The notes beneath the pieces are model-generated. The model was not told the origin of the DNA and did not search any database. It saw only the letters and a list, made by a program, of their open reading frames with translations. Positions 48,824-63,100 of a stretch of DNA of 64,000 nucleotides are shown here, piece by piece. The DNA is from Phoronis australis (taxonomy: Eukaryota > Animalia > Phoronida), in NCBI GenBank assembly GCA_002633005.1, contig NMRA01000013.1, forward strand, positions 1,070,536 through 1,134,535, in the 5' to 3' direction. The position numbers were made by a program, and so were the translations under genes. How positions within the stretch are numbered: the stretch's first letter is position 1; each line of letters begins with the position of its first letter.

Positions 48824-51048
48824 ATATATTACATGGGCGAAGCACAAAGTAGTGCAACGTAGAAATGCATAAGCCTTACATTTTATCGTCTGCAAAACGC
48901 TTAGGCCTATACCAACAACGAAACGCGCGGCAACCAAACAATGCCGGAATTCCGTGAAGGTGACAAGGTTATGATTGACAAATCGGTTGTCGGAAGGACA
49001 TGTAAACAACTTCTTAAACGGACTCATCTTCGGCAGCGAATTCCATATCCACATTTATTCAAACGGAGACGAGCCTCAACTCAAGAAACGCGGTCTGACT
49101 GCTATTTATAATCATTTGTTAAGTTTTAATGTTACAACTTTAAACACCATTTATTATATTATAACTTGAATATTGTTACGAAAGCTGAATGCAATATACA
49201 ATTGTTAAGTTTAAAATAAAACTATTAACAAATTTTACATTGCGCAAGCATATTTTTTAAACAAGTGGCGTCATTTGGTTGAAAGTTTTAAACACGTCGA
49301 GTTTTTCGGCAAAAAAGATCGTTTTTACGGCAAGTCTGGGGATTTTGACGAACTTTCCAAGAGGTTTTGCCCATGTCATAAACCTGAGACGAGTGTACTA
49401 TTCTCTATATAAATGTTCAATCAGTCTATTCTTGAGCTAAGAAACAAAATCGGAGGTTCATTGACCGCCTTTCCCGTTTACCAAGAGCGCGAGATCACCC
49501 AAAGAAATGCAAGTGGACAATTGGGGGTTACCAACTCTTTCCCTTCCATTGCCAGCTTTTCAGTGCTAAATGCTTCAAGGCACGCGTAGTAAGTGCATTA
49601 CGAAATAAATTATTTAAGTATTAAATTATTTTATGTAAGCTATACTGCTTCGTCCTCATTATCATATTGTTTGGATTCGCGGGTAAGTGACCCTCTTTGT
49701 TCTACGATTATTGATTAAATTGTACCACGTGATCTCTTTATCTTGTCGCAACACTGTGCCATCATCCACAATTCTCTCCAAATTTCAGTTTTCACTCAAT
49801 TTCTCTTTGAAGTTTCAGCACTGCTCTCCGTCTCTTCACCTCATTAAGGTATTGTACCTTGTTTCTTGCTTCGTTCTGGACATTCCAATGCCAAGACTTG
49901 AACAGCAAAACTCATCATGATTACCCAGCCGCCCAAGTTGAGTTGGTGTACGTATAACTGGCAACAGGTCAAGGAATTTTTATATTTACGTATCTATGGT
50001 CCCCATTATGAGATAATGAAGGCTGTTTAGAGTTTTGTTCGGAAGGTATGAACGTAACGGAATAAAGACTGTCCACAATGGAAAGTGTTGTGCGTTTATC
50101 AATTCTGTATATCCGAAAACCATTTTTCGCGAAACAGTTCAGAGCTGGTAAACCGTGTTGTACTCTAGCATAGAATAATCGGCACTCATCTTGAATTCGT
50201 ACAAAGGTAGAACGGAAAATGTCAAAAATAATTTCGAATGCGATTTCTAGTACAACGATTGGACTCCGGGCCCTGATGTCTTATCTACTTTCGTATACAA
50301 AAGTCGACATATGTCCGCTGCGTAAAATTTGTTCATATACAAACCCGTCTGCGCTTATAAGTGACGTAAAGATGCACCAATTTAAATGCAAAATAACTAA
50401 GCAAAACTTGTATGAAAAACCGCTATGTTTCGGATAAAGCAGTTGTTTAAATTCGGACGTTTACGATTATACAGTAGTGTACAGATCATCGTTTCGTCAA
50501 TCCTATCGATTTGCATATCATTTTGAGTATCGGCATATAGACGAATAATTTAAAACAAAAGGTGAAAACTTAATTGCAAATGCCATTAATGTATGAGTGC
50601 GTCGTTCACTAATGTAGTCCTCGCATTACTGTTTACATATATCTTGGAACTCTAGTATTTTCTGGCTAAAAGCCGCTGCTCAACTACGGCTCTGATTACA
50701 ACCCAATAACCGTGCACATTTATTATATTTGTTTATTACTCATTTCTCCATTTGATACTCATTGTCTACAAATATTTGTTTGTGGTGCAATCATTAACAG
50801 CTATGTGCAAACCAAGTGCTTGATTAAGCTTACTGTTTTCATTGTTAAGTTCGTCATGAGGGACAGATTTGACGCAGTTAATTGAATTGTGACATTTACA
50901 TGCGATCCAAACACAAACTGTGACACTGTGTGCTTGGGACTTTAAATATATAAAGTGTCGTTACTGCTGGATCGAATTATCGCAAGGCTTAGTTATAATG
51001 AGGAGGGTATTAGCGCTCAGGTAACTTGACACATGAGCGACGTCTTAC

Positions 51049-51122
51049 CTCACCTTATAGGGTTAGTAGCAGATTTCTGCGATAACTTCTTCCAGCGTTA
51101 GACGTAGCGAACGGTCGCAAAC
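51049..51122 (-). other. Possible non-coding 5' exon (74 bp)
   Basis: cttccgtcttatcggcag acceptor and gtaaga donor; stops in all three frames. Confidence 0.25.
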
Positions 51123-52194
51123 CTGCCGATAAGACGGAAGTAATTATCAGCTACCGCATTATATGTGCCTACATTTTGGACAGTCGTTCTGCGCAGCTTT
51201 CTCTTGTCTCATCTCGTGGATATTTTGCTCGTTACTTTATCAAATCGCAATAGTCCATTCTTGGCATTTAGCAACCACAAGACGGAGACATCATTACGGC
51301 GTTTTCCCGTTGCTCCCAACCTGTTCGATTCTATAGCCCAACAACAAGTTGGGAAGATGACCCCTGTAGCTAATATCTTACGCGACTGATTAACTCCATT
51401 CTGGCATTGTTGGTTGGAGGGCCGGCTCTCTTTTGTTCGATAATTGCTCTAATTAATCTCCAATAAGATCGTATCTAGGCTGACTGGGCTGTGCTGTTAA
51501 AAATAAAAGTTATAACATATTTGAATATAACCCAATAGCATTTCTGAAATCCTCGTCAAATGGTGATCATGTTTAGTTTTTGAATCGCCAAAATTGCCCA
51601 ACTACATCCGAAGTTACGACAATCTATTTTTTCCGAACGTACCAATTCGCTCTGAGTTTGACTGTGTTCACGCGTGGTCCAAGCTAGATCACACACGTTC
51701 ACAACCCTCCACGTCAGGTAAAGTCCTGAACGGGAACACGCCGTCATGTGTCCGACATTTGACATGAAAAAATAAAATAATCAACCGCTACTTTGCAAAT
51801 CTCCTCATGCACAGAAAGATAATTTTCGTCGTGTCGCATGCCGGCCCGTAGCCAGGGGGGGGGGTTCGGGGGGTTCGATCGAACCCCCCGCGGAAAAGGT
51901 CCAGCCCCGACCTATCCGTTAAAGATGGGATATAGATGGACAACAACAACAAAATTGCTGCAGTTACTGGTACTACTAACTACAATGATAAGTAAGTCAC
52001 TAATAATTTTTAATTTAGTTCACGTAATTCTTCGGGCCGTATCCGGTCAACTTCGTCCGAATGGTGCTTGATGATAGGATCGTGCAGACGATTAGAGGAG
52101 GCTTTATGTTATTCATCGGCATTGAACGCGCGTGATGGCAACAACATAGGGCCGGTAACAAGGGAGTCTAGAAGTAAATGTCTATACCTAGATA

Positions 52195-52440
52195 CATGCG
52201 CGCACCCAGGGGGGCTCGAACGAGCCCCCCCCCCATTTGGCGATGTCGGCAAAAAGGTCCGCCTCAGACAAACGAAAAGTCCGAGAAAACGAGACAAAAG
52301 TCCACTCAAAAGGCATAAACGCACACAGCTCCGAACGTGGTGCCCCGTTTTTTATTTTTAGACTTCCAGCTTTTTGTTAGTAAAAGGTCCACATCGTCAG
52401 AAATTCGAGCCTCCCATAATACAGGCTGAGTGCGCGTATA
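52195..52440 (+). mobile_element. hAT-like MITE, catgcgcgcaccca TIR family; related copies at about 54200-54413 and 37018-37164
   Basis: Shared aaaaggtcc/aaaagtcc motifs and ends (t)gggtgcgcgcat. Confidence 0.6.
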
Positions 52441-53004
52441 GGCTATATAGCAGCGAGAGAGCTCCTAAAAAGTAATGCCGTGTGAACGTCTTAAAATCGA
52501 CCAAGAAACAAAATAGCAGAAAGTAGGTTTGTCTGCTATTTTTATAGTGGCAGAATACGGTAAAGTGCAGACGTTTTCGAATTTCCACTTTGGTTGTGGA
52601 TTGGGTGAATGATATGCATACCGTGTACACATGTTTGCGTTTCCATTCTTTTAAATTCGGTACACGCCGATGATAATTAAATTCACTATAGGCAGTTCTG
52701 CGTCCGTCGTTGGTCAAAAATCAAACATTTAACTACATGGGAGGCTCACCGTAGGGGGTTGGGGGGGGGGGGCTATAGTCCCCACTTTTTCAGTTCTGCA
52801 TCCCCCATGAACTACCCGTATTTTGTTGCACTGAGAAAACCCCAACGAGCATGTTCATATTTTTGGGAAAAGTAGTTCTAGAACTAATAAAAACTTTGGT
52901 CAATGAAAAAAGTATTCTCTTGTCAATCAGTGCCGATGGCGCATAGCCTCGCAGGCGCCATACGAGCAAAACACTTGATGGAAAAGATTTCCAAGGTTAC
53001 ATGT

Positions 53005-53826
53005 CACTATTCCGAAGGTTCATCACTCCAAAAGTCCACTACTCCGAAGTTACTGCGAAGGTTCGCTACCTTCGAAAGTTCACTACTTCGAATGTCCACA
53101 ATTCCGAAACCAGAACTCCCGGCAGTTCATTACTCTTATTGTCTGCTAACGAGTTGGAACTGACATGAGAAAAGTATTGCATTTGTGCCCATGTAGTAAC
53201 CATTTAAAGGGTGTACAAAAGTTGAATAGTTCTTAAAACATTGATTACATTGTTTACAAATGAGCTCAATTCCAATCACTGCCAATCGTGAATCTTCAAT
53301 CAAGCTAACGACTCAAGCAGGGACAACATCGGGTCAGGACTTCAGCGACCAATAGCGTCGGTTTTAAATTTAAGAAGACTGATTGGGACTTTCCGAGTTC
53401 GTGAAGATTGGCAGGGACAGGATAGCCTACAAACTACATTTTGACACGGCCATGCGCGTGTTCCGATGGGTGAGTTTGAGGGGCAGCAGCCCTTAACTAG
53501 CTCAGTCACGCTGTGAAATGATGAGATCTTGCATGGATTTGATGAAAGTATCGTGGTTGATAATTCACCAAGATTCATACTTCATAATATATTTTTTAAA
53601 AATTGAAGTACGTACTCATTTTCCGTATTCGCATGAAATCCGGACGTTGTTTGAGCATAGGTACACCACCTAGTGCATCTAATAACCGAAGTGTCGTTTA
53701 ATTCTCCAGGTAAAAAGGGATATCTGATACACCCAAGTCCGAAATTTTAGATCTTTTCGGAGTAATGAATCTTCGGAATAGTGAACCTTCAGAGTGGTGA
53801 ACCTTTGGAATATTGGGTTGTTCCCG
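53005..53826. mobile_element. Foldback element with about 15-bp tandem units (cactattccgaaggtt) inverted at the two ends
   Basis: About 6-7 degenerate units at 53005-53109 and about 4 reverse-complement units at 53756-53812. Confidence 0.65.
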
Positions 53827-56800
53827 TTTCCAGCGATGTAAGCAAGTTAAGTAACACACAAAATACAACCAGATCAAAATATTCAAGTCGATCATGCTCC
53901 AATTAAATATTTCCGTCCGAGTATGTATTGAGGTGTAATCACTCATTTAAGCACGCCCGGTTTGAAAGTTTGGCACTGGTTAACGCGGGAACATTCACTT
54001 TCTGGACCACATTACATCCGAATTGGGTCCCACTCCTTGAGAGCAACCGTCAGGGCATCGTCATTTCTGGTATTACGAGGCCGTCTGATCTTGGGAACAT
54101 AGACCTTAGAATCATCGTTGTGTACATAGATCCCCCCGGCCAGTTAAGCTGCATCAAGGGCCTTACCGAAGACTCTACTGTGCCCACGTCTCATGGGCGA
54201 AGTGGGCAAAAAAGGTCCGACCCTGAGAAACAAAAAGTCCGAGAGAATGAGACAAAAGTCCACTAAAGAAGCACAAACGCGAAATTCACAGTAGTGCGCC
54301 CGTTATTTTTTTATTTTTTATATTTCTTTTTAGTCGGCCCGTTTTATTGTTATCAAAAGGTCCACAACGTCAGGAATTCGAGCCCCCCATATTAGAAGGT
54401 GGGTGCGCGCATGCTTTTGTAGACTATCAAAGGATCACCGTACTAGAAATTCGAACCACCCCCCGTGCAATGCTGGCTACGGGCCTGATGGTATCGAATA
54501 TGTTGCCCACGGGCACTCAGGGGAGTGAAATCTGAAGTCTGGGATTGAATTTGTCTCTGCAATTATCGTACCTAATCCAGCGTGACAAAATTACCCCCAC
54601 GGCTCACTTGGCTTAGATTGATCACCTATCCATCCATTGCGTCATAAACAAATTACTGCAGTTCTCTGTTGAAATCGCGAATTTGAAAAACTTATGAACC
54701 TGTCAATTAAACAGGTAATCATAAGTTATCCTTGTTATTTTCCCACCCCTTTAATTTTTGTTTCGGTGAAACGTACATCACAAATCCTGCTTTCCGGCAT
54801 TTGCGAAGGAATACCAAAAGCCAAAACAATATTGACCTTTTTAAGTAGCGACAGGAGGTCACGCTGAACTCGTGACATCAGTATATGAAATCTGTTAATT
54901 GTGCGATATTTTATTTATAGATCGTTCCTATTTGATTGTTTATTCTAGTAACGAATTTGGCAACATCTTCCAACTTAAGTGGTCGCGGTTTGCAAGTTGC
55001 GGTGCGTTTAACCGGATTCAGTTCACGAAAGTCACGCGCTGACATTCCTGTATAGATCCTAACCACCTCACTGTCGATGCCGATTGTGCGGTATGCCTCT
55101 CACGCAGGTTTGTTGGCAATATATAGTGATGACGCTCGGCAAGACGTTCTAGGGTAACTCGTGTGGACAGGACTTAAAGACTCCCACTATAGAATATTCT
55201 CCGGTGAGGTATCTGTAACCATGAACAGTTGGAATCAATCGGAATTCTGAATAAGTCTTTTTAATGTGCAGCTTTTTACACACATCAAAAATTGATTCCA
55301 GTTTGAAAACAGCTGATTAATATCAAGCTTCAGGGTCTGCTTTATGTATGGAGACGGTCATATTTTAAACAATCACTGCCACACTGTTCCTTAAAATGAT
55401 TATTGTCTGTGGTCGCAATGTGTGGGTATAACGAGGCAGTAATTTTTTTCGATAGCTGCAAGACTCCATTGCTATGCATTAGCACAGAGACAGGTTCACA
55501 ATCGCAATTGGTTTTAACCAGTCGTATGACTTTTAAAAAATATTTGTTGCTAAATAACAAACAGTACACAATAAATGAAGAATTTTTAGAACAGAAACCA
55601 CATTCACGCACACATACATCCACCATTTGTTACAGACATTTTCATATTGTAAAAATTTAATGAAACATTGAATATTTCGAATGGTTTGTCTTATTTTACA
55701 ACAATACATATAAAGTTTTGAAAATTAATCGTTTCATTTTAAAACTTGCGATTCTTTATCTGCTGTATTTGCAAATAATACGACAGTCTTTGTGATAACT
55801 GCATAAATATTTTCTCTGGTCAACATTTGTCGTTGAACATTTAATGTAGGACTTTTGGCACAACGGGAACCACACTACCTTCTTCCATGGCGCCATCTCT
55901 GGAGAAACGTGGAAAGAGGAGGATCAAGAAGGTTCATGAGCTTAAGTGCGCATGCTTCGGTTTGGACGTTTATTGTCGTAAACATAAGTTCACGGAATAG
56001 GGAATGAGCCGAAAAAGGATTGTGAAACACTTTGTTTACATTGTTATCTTAATAGAGTCACAAAATATTGAATTTGTGTTGAGTACATATATTTGTGTTT
56101 TTCTTGCTGTAGCAGCCGCAAGCCACAAAAGTATTTTCCAATAGATGGATTGGTATACTTATTCATTTCTCGGAATGTCCGAAACATGTTTAATTCTTCG
56201 ATTGGGTGTTATTGTAGCCCAAAATTTTGCCTCAGATATTTTTAAACAGCACATGTTCAACTTTTTTCATAGGAGCAATCACTCTCTTGAAAGTCACCTG
56301 ACTCGCCTTTCGAATGAAGTTTGCACATGCGCAGATATGAAACGTCTCTAAAAGGGAATAGTTGAGGCTTCAAAATTAGCCGATCGAGTTGTTCAGTGGC
56401 TCTGGGGAAGAGTGTAGTTCCACACTAGGGCACATATCAATTTCTAAGTTTGAAAATGAAACTTATATTCCAAACCAAATGTGTGTTCAGTAGAATCACA
56501 GACCAGTGCTAACCCAGGGTTCGCACATTTTCATGCTCAAAACGATTTGGCGTTCACTCATAACGAATACAGTACGGAGTGGCAAGAACACCCAAGTCTT
56601 CGCGAGATAATGCCAAGCACGCTAAGCTTTCAGTCTCTAATATCTTGAGTAATGGAACGGTCACATGACCTCATTTGGAAGAATCCAAATATTCATTGCT
56701 CAGTTATTACGTGACTGGTCACATATGTGCACCTCGAATTTTTTAAAGTGGCCCGATGTCGTGAATTGGCGTATTTTGAAACTCCTAGAGTACAAAGTAT

Positions 56801-58139
56801 ACTTCTTGATGTACCTTCGGAAACAGAGGCCTGCAAACCAAAAATGTATCAGAGAGCGCTATCTACATAAAACGAGGACCAAAACGTATAGTTAAAGAAA
56901 TTCATGATACTAATGGTGTCGTTAGCTAAAGGTGGACATATTGACCATGGTTCAGAAAGTAGGCTCATGGTATTTTTGGGAAAAATTTCCCATAGGCGTA
57001 CATTTAGGAGGGAGGGGGTGGGCTATTTGCGGAAACTCCAGGTAATTAAAGCAAACAGACAGTAGAAATACTAATTACCGACGCCAGGAAAAGGTTTTAG
57101 TATCCTGATAGACCAATGAAGTGTACAATCGAAAATAGTTGAAAGGTAACCTACTCTAGCGTGAAACTACAGGACGTATGACGAAGGAAACGTTGCATGG
57201 CACCACTCAGCAAATGGTGTTTTTAAGTGCTTGATCAGACATTCAAAACTATTCGTATGGTAAAGTTTGTTCAAGTTACAATGACAAGATAGGGCAGAAC
57301 GTTAAAAATTTATTTTGTCAAAAATTTCAACAAGAGTAAGCAAGAAGACAAATTTACTTGGTTATTTGAAAACTTTATTTACTACGGCCGTCATCATCAA
57401 ACACACGACGAAATTCTGACCCCTTCTAGCAATACCGTGAGCATTCGAAAAATGAAAAAATGACAGTTTTGGCCATTTTATGTTCGAACTTGAGGAAACG
57501 TTACCGTAAATATTATGAACATAGTTCGCCAATCGATTCTTTCATAGTGAAGAGCACGCGCACATCCTTTTGCTTTGATGGCATATTGTAGACCAACAGA
57601 GGTTAGTTAATACTTATACCTACATGCCATTGTCTGGTTATCCGAATATTCCGCTAAATATATTTCAACTGTTTGGGCAAAACAAGCACATTAACTAACT
57701 CTTGCTTCAATATTTACTTTAATCGTGTCATGTGGAGGAATTCTTACGTCTATTGTAGTACAAAATCAATTTCAATCACAGCACGAGTTCCATCTGTTTT
57801 CGTCAGAGATTTTCAACATATTGATTAGAAAACACTCCATGACGCATTTCAATATTTTTCTGTCGGTCGAGTTCGGATACTATGAGACGATACGTGGGAT
57901 TTTGTTTGGTTAGGTCTAATTTAAAGACGTACATGTTGACTCACTTTCATTATTTTTTACTTAATAGGTATATTTAATCCAACAAAATTTTACCTGAATG
58001 GTCGCGAGTTACGTACCTTTTTGACGATACCGTAAATTGTTAAATCAAGCATACATCGAGGAAAAGAAACAGTAAATACATAGAGGCTGAGGTTGGCCAG
58101 CAGTGAAATATATCAAATCAAATAAACACAGAAAAATCA

Positions 58140-58212
58140 GAAACTGGGAATCGAACCACAGGTCTGTAAATTGCCGGTATAGTGCTCTTACCACTGAACT
58201 ACTGAGGACCCG
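58140..58212 (-). mobile_element. tRNA-derived SINE head, second family; related piece at 42768-42815 (+)
   Basis: tagttcagtggtaagagcac...ggcaa...ggttcgattccc. Confidence 0.6.
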
Positions 58213-59956
58213 ATAGCTCTGCTGTGATAGAAGTGATACAGAGTCAACTGCGCTTCTAATTAAGCCAAGGAAAGTGTTAAAATTTGTCATATCTCGGAAC
58301 ATCATATAACTGTCACAAAAAGTTGACTCGCAGAAAATGACATAATCGGCGACACTGAGTCACGCAAGGGTGAACAGACTTACCGGAAATCGAATTAATC
58401 CCCGAGTCAGCCAACAATTCAACAGTTGTTCCGAGCTTTTTCATAACAAACGCTACCAGTGTCTTACGTGAATTTGTTTTTGCATTTGTTTTTACATTAA
58501 TCTGTGAGTCCAATGGCTCTCGACTTGCCGCGCTACTACTGAAACCACGTGACCTCCAGGTACCATTTACTTTCTCAATTTGCCCGGCTTTTAATTTTCG
58601 ATGACTAGAAACGTAGTACTCAAGTAGTTGCTCCCCCAAACATTCACGGTTTGACAGCTAAAATTACAAGGTTGCCAGGTTTTCAAAGCGGATTTCAACA
58701 TTTAAGCAAGAAGCAAGTTTTGTATTCAAGGTAGTTCAAAAAGCATCCTGTTTCATAAATCATCCCAAGTGTGGAGTTTACAAAATTTGTCTTTAAGTTT
58801 CAGGCTGTGTTAACATTACACACTAGACTACACTTTAAGCAGCAGTGTCTAAAAATTGTCGAGGCTTATTTCTGTATGCCACTGATTCTGCAGTCGAGAT
58901 TTCAGCCGAAACAACAGAGAGACAGTTGAACTTAGTGCGCCAAATTTCAAGAGACTAGAGGTAACCCAAATACCTATAGAGGTCACAGTCTCTACCGCTT
59001 TCACCATAAACTCCCTTGCGCGAACGGCTAGGAGAATCCTTGACAAACATAAAATCACCGTCTCCCAGAAGAAGTTTGCATTCTGAGGTCAGTTGTTACA
59101 AGGGTCTCCAGATGGACTATCGATTGTTCCCTAACAAAATACAAACACAAATTGTGCGTAGGCAGACTGAACGCAATAAAACAAGAACACTTGGCACTAT
59201 GTTGGGGTATCAGTCAGGACATGATTGAAAATGACCCTGGCTTGATGGATGCGAAGAGGAAAGGGTCAACGACAACTATCTCCACAGAGGAGAGTTTTGG
59301 ATGAAAGAGGTCGACCTCTGTGACTTAGACCTTCATTGGCAACTGCTTAACTCATATAGTTTCGTGAAATTCGGCCACCCGGCAAATGCTCAATTGTCCT
59401 TGTATTAGCCAGGGCAGTATTTACCGTATTATTGTGTACGCACGTGGGTCGTAGGCAAAATGCAAAAAATAAAACATTAGTTTTTAATTGTACGGTAAAA
59501 GGCAAAAACGGCACTTGATAATAAAGTTACGCCATCATTGCGTGAATATTACGGGACGACAAGGAAACACTGAGATTATTCATGAAGTTATCTTTTATCG
59601 GGCCCTCGGATATTGACTTCGCTGCATTGTCACCCGATGGCCGGTAGTGGTGAATCGTGACAGTAATGGTTTGCGGTTGTAATGGAATTAAAGCTTAAAG
59701 TGCTTAAAATCGCCAATTTCAAATCAAAAACACACAAAAAAATCACCAGTCGACCAACTGCCAATTAGAACCCCTTTAAATATTATCTGACGATATTTTA
59801 GTTACCTTTTCTCGAGTTATGAACATTTATCGGTCGATACCTACTACCTATAATCGGGACAACCAAACACAGCACTAGTCATCTTCCAATGTGTATAGCG
59901 TGAGAAGTCGTCAGAAGTCGCTGCTCGATTTCCCGGGGTTTATGGTATAATAAGGA

Positions 59957-60130
59957 ATGGCGACGCGTTGCGTTGGTAGTGGTTGTGACAACTTATTATT
60001 TGACCATGCTGTGACTCCTTTCACTTTCCCTCAGGACATGGGTGAAGCCTGATATGGCGTTAGTATTATGAAACACGCTCGTTAGTGGATATGGCACACT
60101 GGTGCTGGGTACGTTCATACGTCGCACCCA
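59957..60130 (+). pseudogene. Decayed THAP zinc-finger-like fragment
   Basis: MATRCVGSGCDN...VTPFTFPQD then stops; fits the MxxxCxxxGCxN...FP pattern. Confidence 0.45.
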
Positions 60131-63100
60131 TGTCCGTGGAGATAAGAAACTTTAATTGAGATCGCTTTTGTTCTATTTCTCGTTTTTGGGAAATTGAATT
60201 CACGATTGTAATATGCAGTCCTAGAAAGGAAAGTTTAATGACGCAGACTGTGTAACCATTGTCAAATCAATATAAATGATGTTCTTTAAAACCACTTTTT
60301 AAAAGCACTTCATCTAGCGTCAAGAAATCTCCACAGGTTCTTGACTGATATTTAGTCCTCTGCTTCGACGGAGCTAGTAAGTTCAACATACTGTGAGAAA
60401 GCATGGTGAAATATTACGTTGGGCTTCTCTAACGTTGGGCTTACAGCAGCATCTGAATTGAAATGGTTAAATCTTCATTTCCTTAGCTGTCGAAACACGA
60501 AATATGAATCAAGCCACTTGATAAAATTGGTTTCATGACATTCCTTAAGGTGGCAGCACTTGATTTCTGTTTCCAACGAAACCGTAAGCGACTCGAGAAA
60601 ACGCTTCGAAGTCCATTAACCAAAGGCGTATTAGCCGGGAGGCTCGGGGGCAATTGCACCCCTCCCAGATTCAAGCAAATGTTAGGGAATTTTCGCGAAA
60701 AACTAGAAAAAAATCCGGGCAATGGAACATCCAATGGAAAACACAGATAATACATACAACTAAGAAGGGGTAAGTCGGCGGTGACCAGGAGGTAAAACCG
60801 GCGACAAGGCTGAAAGGTGGAGGCCGAAGCTGATACCGCCCTACGTCTAGATTTAGACAAAACTGTCATATGCTCCTCGAACACCCAAGTGCAGATACGT
60901 ATATGACATGACCAATCTTAAAATCGCCAATTAAAAATGGTGCATGTAAGCACTGCCTGTGAGTTGAATTGTCGTCTCATTCAGCAATAATTTAAGATCA
61001 TATGAGCGTCAGTGGTAATATTTCTAAAGCCCAAAGCGCTTCGGTTAGGAATTCAACATTGACAGCAAAGAGTGGGTGTCGTAAAAAACTTCATGCTGTG
61101 TATTAGAAATCGCTATCACCAGCTGCACGTTACGTATACGCAGTCTATAGAAAAAAAATTATAATCAAACAGAAACAAAATATTTGAGCGAACAGACATA
61201 GCATCAGATGACACTCGAAATTCACATTTTGCCAATACGATTAGTGAAATCTAGTGTGAGTAGTTGACAATTCCTATAATTGTTGTTGAGTTGACGCCAT
61301 GTCCACAGAACATGTAGCACATAATTCTGTGTAAAGATGTAAAACCACGCTTTGTTGTTGAAAATTTGAGTCTTTTTAAGTCGCAATGAGGTCGCAATGC
61401 TAAAGTTACATGCGCACTATAGGTCTCTATCACACCGTCATTTTCATAGACGTGGATTGCACAGGTACAATTGACTCCATACATTGCGCGAAAGACCCGT
61501 TTACAAGATCATGATTTGCGCCCAGGTGCACTAAAATTTGCATTCAAATCAGAATTTGAGCCTTGGTATGAAGATGAAGTCCCTACGTGTTTACATTGCT
61601 GATAACTAAATCAAAAAATGCATACCTGAGGTCATTTTTGAAGGATGAGAAACCAATGCATTCAGCAACTGATCTTCCAACAGATCTTAATTAAGACTTT
61701 TGATCTTTCGAACAATCGCGACGTGTGAAAGGAATATCAGCTCTGTACATGGCCAAATTTCTTATGAAAAAAAAAATAAAACTCATCTTCAGTTAGTCAA
61801 AAAGGCGAGTGAGGTGCAGCAGCGTAAGAATTGCAAAAAACATTGTGTGTCCTCCACATTAGGATGACTTGGTTACAATATATTATCAGTAGGCCTACTT
61901 GTCGACATTTTTAAAAGCGTACAAAGCATACGCATTTTGAAGATTCCTCACTTAAAAAGCGTATTTCCGAAAACTGTTGATATTCTGTTGGTTGCAGTTT
62001 AGGGTCTACCGTCCAGGGAGTAGGGTTTGTTCCAGTTTGCATTCCGTGCCTCTCCTATTGGTCAGTTGAAGAAAGTCATTGGGTTAATGACCAATGAAAA
62101 CGTGCCAATGAAGCATATTATGGGATATCTGCTCGTGAGAAAAACGTGTGGGGGCGCAGTAATTCAAGGACGAATATTCCAAGAAATTTCATTGCATTCA
62201 TAAGTTTCTAGAATACATGTAACCTCTTTGCATGTGATTTTAATTTACAACATAAAGCTCTAGCAACGGAATGCCACCTTCGATCACGCGCGGCGGAGGT
62301 TGCACTGCGCATTCGTGGCAGATGTTTGCATTCGTTTGTTCTGGTGCTGTTTGTTGCTATGGAATGTAGGGCTCAGGGTTGAATTTTTGTTTAGTCCAAA
62401 CGAAGTAAGTTTAGAAACATGATCATCGAAAACTTCTTCCGAACATATTTTGTGATGTAGTTGCACGCTACAAACATTGTCAAACGGAGAACCGTCTGCT
62501 TGCAAATCGGCGAATCGGGAAGTTGGCTGTGTGCTTCCGTTGCTTAGATGCTAGGTGTAACTTAGAGCCACCTAGACGTATTGCTATAATTTCCAAAGTT
62601 TACAGTTGCCTTGTAATATGATCAATTATTGGTCGTTAAGTATTCTGTACGCTTCATTTTTAAAAGTCAAATATAGTATATTAACATTTTGTTTGTTTTG
62701 TGACTTAAATGAGTTAATCATTGACTGGATTTTTGGAAAAAATAATTTGTGGCTGCACAAGCGGATTTAGTCCCCCCCCCTTGGTTGCCGCAAAAAATAA
62801 AACAGCAAGAGCGTAGGGAAATATTGAGTTTATTAATTAACCCCGGTAATTAACATTATACGGTTGAAACAAGAATTAAGTGTGTGCAGTTTTAGTGTTT
62901 TTTTTGGGGGGAGGGGGGGGGGTTCAGATCCAATTTCAAGTGTCAAATTCGGAACACGGCGCAATCGTAACGGAACTATGGTTATGTACAGGCTCTCCCG
63001 CGATATCCCAGGCGACCGGCAGTGGCGCTGCGCAATACGACTCTGTTTCCGTCGTCTGCTTCACTGTGCAAAGAAGAAAATTACTTCATTTTTTTAAAGA

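Larger units (their letters stand above)
51841..54488. mobile_element. Possible outer hAT-like TIR pair enclosing nested MITEs
   Basis: ggcccgtagccag ... ctggctacgggcc; no TSD found. Confidence 0.4.
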
